Assembly: GCA_014240005.1 (NCBI GenBank)
Contig: JAAZXT010000013.1
Location: 1 to 41,535 of the forward strand
DNA length: 41,535 bases
From: Fidelibacterota bacterium
GTDB lineage: Bacteria > Fidelibacterota > Marinisomatia > Marinisomatales > Marinisomataceae
Direction of reading: 5' to 3'
A program made the position numbers and the translations under genes. The notes beneath the pieces are model-generated. The model was not told where the DNA came from. It saw only the letters and a list, made by a program, of their open reading frames with translations, and did no database searches. The number at the start of each line of letters is the position of its first letter. Position 1 is the first letter of the stretch. This document shows, one piece after another, positions 36,693 to 41,535 of the stretch.

Positions 36693-38399
36693 TTAGTCTA
36701 AATTACGACTGTAGTCAATTCTTATGCCATTATCAAATGCTTGTATATATCTACATACACCATTTGTACAATCAAGTCCACCGCGAATAGAACCATAAAA
36801 TAATTCAAGCATATGATCAGAATTAAACTTATATGCCAGAGATAATGAATTCCAATCATTAGAACTATCAAAAGATTCATCCTGACCATTGTCAAGCAAT
36901 GACTCATCGCTATTGGTTGATTCATGGGAGAGATTAAAAGACCATTTTTGGTTATAATTTGCTGATAATGCTAAAAATAGATTTTTTTGATACTCTTCCG
37001 ATAATAATGAATTAAAAGAATAATTATCTTCTATCCCATCAATATCGGATATGATTGTGGTATCAAATCCTGTCTTAAGTTTTTGTAACTCTAATTGCAC
37101 TTCAACATTCCATAACGGATTTACAGCAATATTCACTAGAAATGGTAATGTAAATGATTCAGTTATTTCAAAGGATTTTACTTCTCCTGAATTAGACAAA
37201 ACATTGAATACTTGATCTTGAAAATCCATACCAACTTTATAAAAAATATTGCCTTGTGGATTATATCCGCTCAACTCAATGAATATCTCTTCAAATGGAT
37301 ATGAACCTTGACGGCTTGAAGGCAGAAAAGAATTCTTATCACTAAACCAGTCACCGATAAGTACTCCTGATCCATTATACCATTGTTTTGAGCTACTTGA
37401 TTTCATATAGTTAACTGAAATATTTGTATTATCATTAATAGGGCCTAATAATTGAATTTCTACACCTACTTCATCATTAAGATTTACTTCTTTTGAATTT
37501 CTACTTAACAATCTAAACGTATGTTGATAAAAACCGCTTGGTGAACGTTGAAGATCTAATGCTTGACCATAATTATCTACTATATTATCTCGAATCACTG
37601 GATTATTTACATCGATTGTAAACTTTCGATAGCTAGAAGTTAATGCCCAATCTTTGAAATAGTTGGTATTGGACAGATAAACACCCCCACCATCTTTTTC
37701 AGGATAAAAAATTTCCAAATCTCCAGAATCCTTTTCAGAAACCTTGTTAATAACAGACATAAAAAATTCACCAGATTGATGCGATTTATCTATGCGCACA
37801 TTTGTTAAGGTATGAGATAAAGATTTCTCTTCTTCATCTACAAGCAAGAAAGCTGCTCCTATATTAAATTTTGCAATATCTAAACTAAAATCCGCCCCGT
37901 AAATAAACTGATCTATGAAATAGTTTGGCACTCTTGGATCATAATTACCTAAAACTGTGGTGCTCTTTCTACTGTTAGTGTCGCCCATAATAATATTTAA
38001 AGTTTTTCCTTCATAATCAAATTGCATACCCAATCCTTTTGAACCTGTATCAAAATCTAAGTTTTGGAAATTTAGCTGATTCAATAACAATCCTCTTCCC
38101 CATGTTTGATATATATCACCAACTTCAAACGAAAGTTTATCATTATAGAATCCAAATAAATATCTATCTAAGCCATTTGCATTTAACCCAATTTCAGGAG
38201 GGTCACTGACTTCAAAAGTAAGAATTGATTCTAATCGATAATCCTCTCGATTAAGAGATAATTTTGTATCGAGATATATCTCACTATAATTATAGTCGTT
38301 ATCACTATCACCATACCGTACAGATAACTGATTTGAAATATCTGTCTGACTATAAACATATGTAAATAAAGATATACCAATAAGTATTTTTTTAATCAT
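36693..38399 (-). CDS. Predicted outer-membrane beta-barrel-like protein of unknown function (DUF6029-like?)
   Basis: 568 aa. Signal peptide. Alternating-polarity beta-rich sequence throughout. Only two Cys, in GGLDCTNGVCRYIQAF near the C-terminus. 8-nt overlap with the upstream TlpA-like gene. Family name from memory. Confidence 0.5.
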   Translation of the reverse strand: MIKKILIGISLFTYVYSQTDISNQLSVRYGDSDNDYNYSEIYLDTKLSLNREDYRLESILTFEVSDPPEIGLNANGLDRYLFGFYNDKLSFEVGDIYQTWGRGLLLNQLNFQNLDFDTGSKGLGMQFDYEGKTLNIIMGDTNSRKSTTVLGNYDPRVPNYFIDQFIYGADFSLDIAKFNIGAAFLLVDEEEKSLSHTLTNVRIDKSHQSGEFFMSVINKVSEKDSGDLEIFYPEKDGGGVYLSNTNYFKDWALTSSYRKFTIDVNNPVIRDNIVDNYGQALDLQRSPSGFYQHTFRLLSRNSKEVNLNDEVGVEIQLLGPINDNTNISVNYMKSSSSKQWYNGSGVLIGDWFSDKNSFLPSSRQGSYPFEEIFIELSGYNPQGNIFYKVGMDFQDQVFNVLSNSGEVKSFEITESFTLPFLVNIAVNPLWNVEVQLELQKLKTGFDTTIISDIDGIEDNYSFNSLLSEEYQKNLFLALSANYNQKWSFNLSHESTNSDESLLDNGQDESFDSSNDWNSLSLAYKFNSDHMLELFYGSIRGGLDCTNGVCRYIQAFDNGIRIDYSRNLD

Positions 38400-38868
38400 T
38401 TAACGCTTTATCCAATTGCTTTTTTAGCTCAACTTCATCGCCTAAATAAAATCCTCTTTTACGATAAATAACTTTATTATCCTTTAAAATAAGAGTTAAT
38501 GGAATAGGTTGAGCGCTAAATTGTCTAGATAGTTTTTTATCAAAATCAAATACGATATGATAATTATCATCAACGGGATATTTTCTCGAACGAATAAAGC
38601 TCTTTACTTTTGCTTTATCTCCAGGTTTATCTTCGTTAATTAGAATCACTGATACGTTCTCATAATCATCAATAAACTTATTTAACTTATCGATTTCTTT
38701 AATACATGGAATACACCATGTTGCCCAAAAACTAACAAATGATACTTCAGAAGTTAGGCTATGAAGATTAGTACTTCTATTATCAATTAATTGAACCTTA
38801 CTATTTGGAAAATTAGTTTGAGAAAACAGGGTACTAATAGAAAGAAATAAGAAAAATAAACGATACAT
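38392..38868 (-). CDS. TlpA-like periplasmic thiol:disulfide oxidoreductase
   Basis: 158 aa. Signal peptide. FWATWCIPC active site. PLTLIL (cis-Pro region). Confidence 0.8.
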   Translation of the reverse strand: MYRLFFLFLSISTLFSQTNFPNSKVQLIDNRSTNLHSLTSEVSFVSFWATWCIPCIKEIDKLNKFIDDYENVSVILINEDKPGDKAKVKSFIRSRKYPVDDNYHIVFDFDKKLSRQFSAQPIPLTLILKDNKVIYRKRGFYLGDEVELKKQLDKALND

Positions 38869-38870
38869 AA

Positions 38871-40277
38871 CTACAATTTAACTGCTTCAGATAAACGATT
38901 CAAACATCTATCTTTTCCAAGCAAAAACATCATATCAAAAATTCCAGGTCCATAACCAAGACCGGTTAATGCAAACCGTACAGGCTTAATAAGCTTTCCT
39001 AGCCCTAATTCATGTTGAGTCATTAAATTATCAAAAATAGACTCGAGTGCATCTTTTCTCCAATTATCTTCTATGTTTAAAGCTTCATGTAAATCTTTTA
39101 CTACTTGTATAGCACTATCATCTAATATTTTTCGACTCATATCTTGATCATATGAAATGGTTTCTTTAAAGAAAACATCTGAAATTTCAATTAGATCATT
39201 TAATGTTTTTGATCGATCTTTTACTAAAGCGATGACATCATTTTTATATTTATTGTCTTGATTAATACCCCAATTACTATCTAAAGATTCTATTTCTTTC
39301 ACAGCAGCACTTGTTTCCATTCGTGCCATTTGTTGACCAGAAACCCATAATAGTTTCTTTTCATCAAAAGTGGCGGGTTTTTTCTGAACTTGATTAAAAT
39401 TAAAAGCACTAATGAGCTCATTGATATTAAATATTTCTTGATCTGAATCTGGATTCCATCCTAACAAAGAAAGATAATTAATAATTGCTGTTGGAGTAAA
39501 TCCTTTCTCTTTATACTCTTGCACATTTGTTGCTGCATGTCTTTTACTCAATCTTTTCTTATCTACCCCTAAGATCATTGGTAGATGAGCAAATATAGGA
39601 ATTGCTAACCCCAATGCTTTATAAACCAATATTTGTTTTGGAGTATTTGCTAAATGATCATCTCCTCTGATAATATGAGAGATATTCATATCTGAATCAT
39701 CGATAGCTACCACAAAATTATAGGTTGGAGATCCGTCAGATCTTGCAATAATAAAATCATCTAATTCTTTATTATCAACCTTAATAGTTCCGTATACCAA
39801 ATCTGAAAACTCTGTTATGCCATCAGGTATTTTTAAGCGCACTGTAAAAGCTTTGCCTTCGTCTATTAATGCTTGTTGTTGATCTAAAGAATAATCTCTA
39901 TATGTCTTTGGAACTCTAAATAGCTCTTTCTTTTTTTCTGATTCTTTACGCAGCGCATCTAGTTCTTCTTTTGATAAAAAGCATCGATAAGCTGTTCCTG
40001 CCTTAACCATTTGATTAACTACTTCTTCATGTCGTGATTTATTCTTTGATTGCAGAACAACATTATCATCCCAATCAAATCCTAACCAACCTAGAGCATC
40101 GGTAATTTGATCAATATATTCTGCTTTTGATCTTTCTAAGTCAGTATCTTCAATTCTTAGAAGAAATGTTCCACCATTTTTCTTGGCATATAACCAATTA
40201 AATAGTGCTGTTCTTGCTCCACCAATATGAAGATACCCTGTTGGGCTTGGAGCAAATCTGACAATAGGCTTATTCAT
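38871..40277 (-). CDS. gltX: Glutamate--tRNA ligase
   Basis: 468 aa. RFAPSPTGYLHIGGARTALFNW (HIGH), RLSKR (KMSKS), and class I core and anticodon-binding regions. Confidence 0.95.
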   Translation of the reverse strand: MNKPIVRFAPSPTGYLHIGGARTALFNWLYAKKNGGTFLLRIEDTDLERSKAEYIDQITDALGWLGFDWDDNVVLQSKNKSRHEEVVNQMVKAGTAYRCFLSKEELDALRKESEKKKELFRVPKTYRDYSLDQQQALIDEGKAFTVRLKIPDGITEFSDLVYGTIKVDNKELDDFIIARSDGSPTYNFVVAIDDSDMNISHIIRGDDHLANTPKQILVYKALGLAIPIFAHLPMILGVDKKRLSKRHAATNVQEYKEKGFTPTAIINYLSLLGWNPDSDQEIFNINELISAFNFNQVQKKPATFDEKKLLWVSGQQMARMETSAAVKEIESLDSNWGINQDNKYKNDVIALVKDRSKTLNDLIEISDVFFKETISYDQDMSRKILDDSAIQVVKDLHEALNIEDNWRKDALESIFDNLMTQHELGLGKLIKPVRFALTGLGYGPGIFDMMFLLGKDRCLNRLSEAVKL

Positions 40278-40279
40278 TG

Positions 40280-40366
40280 CGGAGGCGAGAGGATTCGAAC
40301 CTCTGAAGGGCTTTCACCCTTGCTGGTTTTCAAGACCAGTGCATTCAACCGCTCTGCCACGCCTCC
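40280..40366 (-). tRNA. tRNA-Ser (anticodon UGA), class II long variable arm, no encoded CCA
   Basis: Reverse complement is GGAGGCGTGGCAGAGCGGTTGAATGCACTGGTCTTGAAAACCAGCAAGGGTGAAAGCCCTTCAGAGGTTCGAATCCTCTCGCCTCCG. Perfect acceptor. Anticodon stem CTGGT/ACCAG with loop CTTGAAA. Variable stem AAGGG/CCCTT. T arm AGAGG-TTCGAAT-CCTCT. Confidence 0.9.
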
Positions 40367-40461
40367 TGATATTAAATTTAATTGTATGAATTGTATATAT
40401 ATAGTAATTTTTTGCTCATCAATTTATTAGATAAAAATTGAAAAACAAACAAAGGACTTTA

Positions 40462-41286
40462 ATGAAAAAGATATTATTAACACTATGCGTTATGATGATG
40501 CCATTAATGACACAAACTATCAATGACACTGATGAAGCTAAAAGAGAAATTAGAGAATCAATGAGAGAACAAGAACAAATGCTTCAAGAGCAGGAGTGGA
40601 AACAAGACCGATCTGTTGAGCGCATAATTAACCTAAATGTAGAAGCAAGAAAAGCAAAGCAAGGAAGGCGTACTAAGGCCAATACAAATTCAAGCATTAT
40701 ACTTAATAAAAGGGTGAGCACTTTAGAATGGAAAGGTGGATTAAAATTTCTTAACAAGAACCATAATGGAAATCTAAAGATAAAAGCAGGAAGTTTATTT
40801 TTAGAGGATAAAACTAAGATTACTGGAACTATTACTGTAAATATGTTATCTATTAGCAATATAGATCTTCCTGACAGTAAAAAAGAATATCTAATAGGAC
40901 ACTTAAGAAGTGAAGATTTTTTTCATGTTGAACGCTTCCCTATTGCATCGCTAAAAATCAATAACTCAAAAATTTTAGAAAAGCAATCTAATGGTAAATA
41001 TAATATGGAAGTCTCTGGAGACTTAACAATTAAATCTATTACAAAATCTATTACATTTATGGCTATCGTAGATTTAGACTCTGATGTTAAATCTGCAACT
41101 GGAACTATGCAATTTAATCGAGCTGATTTTGGGGTTCAATATCGTACTGAAATGCATTTAGATGATGCTAAATCTTTTTGGAATAGTGCAACAACCACCA
41201 AAGAAGCATTAAAAGATAAAGTAATCAAAGATGAGATTAATATAAAATTTAATATCGTGTCAATGCCAGGCCTTCTTGAAAAATAA
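40462..41286 (+). CDS. YceI-like (polyisoprenoid-binding fold) secreted protein with a charged N-terminal extension
   Basis: Start moved to ATG 40462 (MKKILLTLCVMMMPL signal), which has AAGGA upstream; the ORF-track start is a TTG at 40438. The C-terminal ~170 aa match the YceI pattern (HLRSEDFFHVERFPIASLK...VSGDLTIKSITKSITF). Residues ~25-90 are a Glu/Lys/Gln-rich helix-like extension. Confidence 0.7.
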   Translation: MKKILLTLCVMMMPLMTQTINDTDEAKREIRESMREQEQMLQEQEWKQDRSVERIINLNVEARKAKQGRRTKANTNSSIILNKRVSTLEWKGGLKFLNKNHNGNLKIKAGSLFLEDKTKITGTITVNMLSISNIDLPDSKKEYLIGHLRSEDFFHVERFPIASLKINNSKILEKQSNGKYNMEVSGDLTIKSITKSITFMAIVDLDSDVKSATGTMQFNRADFGVQYRTEMHLDDAKSFWNSATTTKEALKDKVIKDEINIKFNIVSMPGLLEK

Positions 41287-41289
41287 TAC

Positions 41290-41535
41290 TTAATCAAAGT
41301 TGCAAAATAACAACTTCTTAACACTTCCGAAGAAATTGTTAAATGAACCTAATTTGACAGCATAGTAAGTCCATAAAAAATTGAATAAAACAAAGGTGAC
41401 AAAAACAGGCCAATTCAGTGGATGTCCACCATTAACAAGCGAGATTAAAACACCTGTCCATGCAGTTCCAGACCAAATCACTGCCCAGCGTAATTTTTTA
41501 ACCATATTGTCATAATCTAGACTCGAAGCTTGAAG
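41290..41535 (-). CDS. Small two-TM membrane protein, or the C-terminal end of a longer protein starting beyond the right window edge
   Basis: The ORF track gives 71 aa from ATG 41505. The same frame has no stop up to position 41535 (LQASSLDYDN-M...), so the true start may lie outside the window. No family recognised. Confidence 0.35.
   Translation of the reverse strand, partial: LQASSLDYDNMVKKLRWAVIWSGTAWTGVLISLVNGGHPLNWPVFVTFVLFNFLWTYYAVKLGSFNNFFGSVKKLLFCNFD

Noticed and set aside
40227-40430. 67-aa plus-strand ORF
   Set aside because: It reads through the antisense of tRNA-Ser (the GGERIRTSEG stretch is the classic translation of a tRNA T-arm region), so it is not a gene.
1-41535. CRISPR arrays, IS elements/transposases, integrases, prophage or defence-system genes
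   Set aside because: I found no direct-repeat/spacer periodicity, no terminal inverted repeats flanking an ORF, and no protein in any frame with transposase, integrase, nuclease-ATPase or toxin-antitoxin hallmarks. Intergenic space is nearly absent.

Overview
This is an AT-rich (roughly one-third G+C by eye) bacterial chromosomal core segment. It is very tightly packed, with many 1-, 4- and 8-nt start/stop overlaps, and almost all of it is transcribed from the minus strand: only four CDS and tRNA-Leu lie on the plus strand. The content is mostly housekeeping. There is an E. coli-like thrS-infC-rpmI-rplT-pheS-pheT block followed by zapA-folD, and a dnaX-ybaB-recR-pgsA-pgpA-cinA-recA block. lepB-rnhB, gltX, tadA and three tRNAs (Leu-CAA, Arg-ACG, Ser-UGA) are also present. 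Interspersed are secreted or envelope proteins of unknown function: a DUF885-like protein, a CBM9/DUF5916-like protein, an RTX/cadherin-like lipoprotein, a TPR lipoprotein, and two thioredoxin-fold proteins flanking an outer-membrane-barrel-like protein. These families plus AGGAG-type Shine-Dalgarno use suggest an uncultured marine FCB-group-like bacterium, but that is only a guess. I see no mobile element, CRISPR array, rRNA, prophage or recognisable defence island, and I do not think the window contains a clear-cut new multi-gene system. The items most worth a second look are small-scale. (1) Two tRNAs have 3' ends only 2-3 nt from the start codons of gltX and tadA, with no SD. One pairing is tRNA-Arg(ACG) next to the enzyme that edits exactly that tRNA. 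(2) An unannotated 22-codon ORF copies the signal peptide of the lipoprotein gene it precedes. (3) An A9 run lies in the dnaX linker, with stops in both alternative frames. (4) A gltX-coupled envelope module has two CxxC proteins around a barrel-like protein with a single Cys pair. (5) infC starts at AUU, overlapping the thrS stop codon. All family assignments come from motif recognition by eye; no database search was run.
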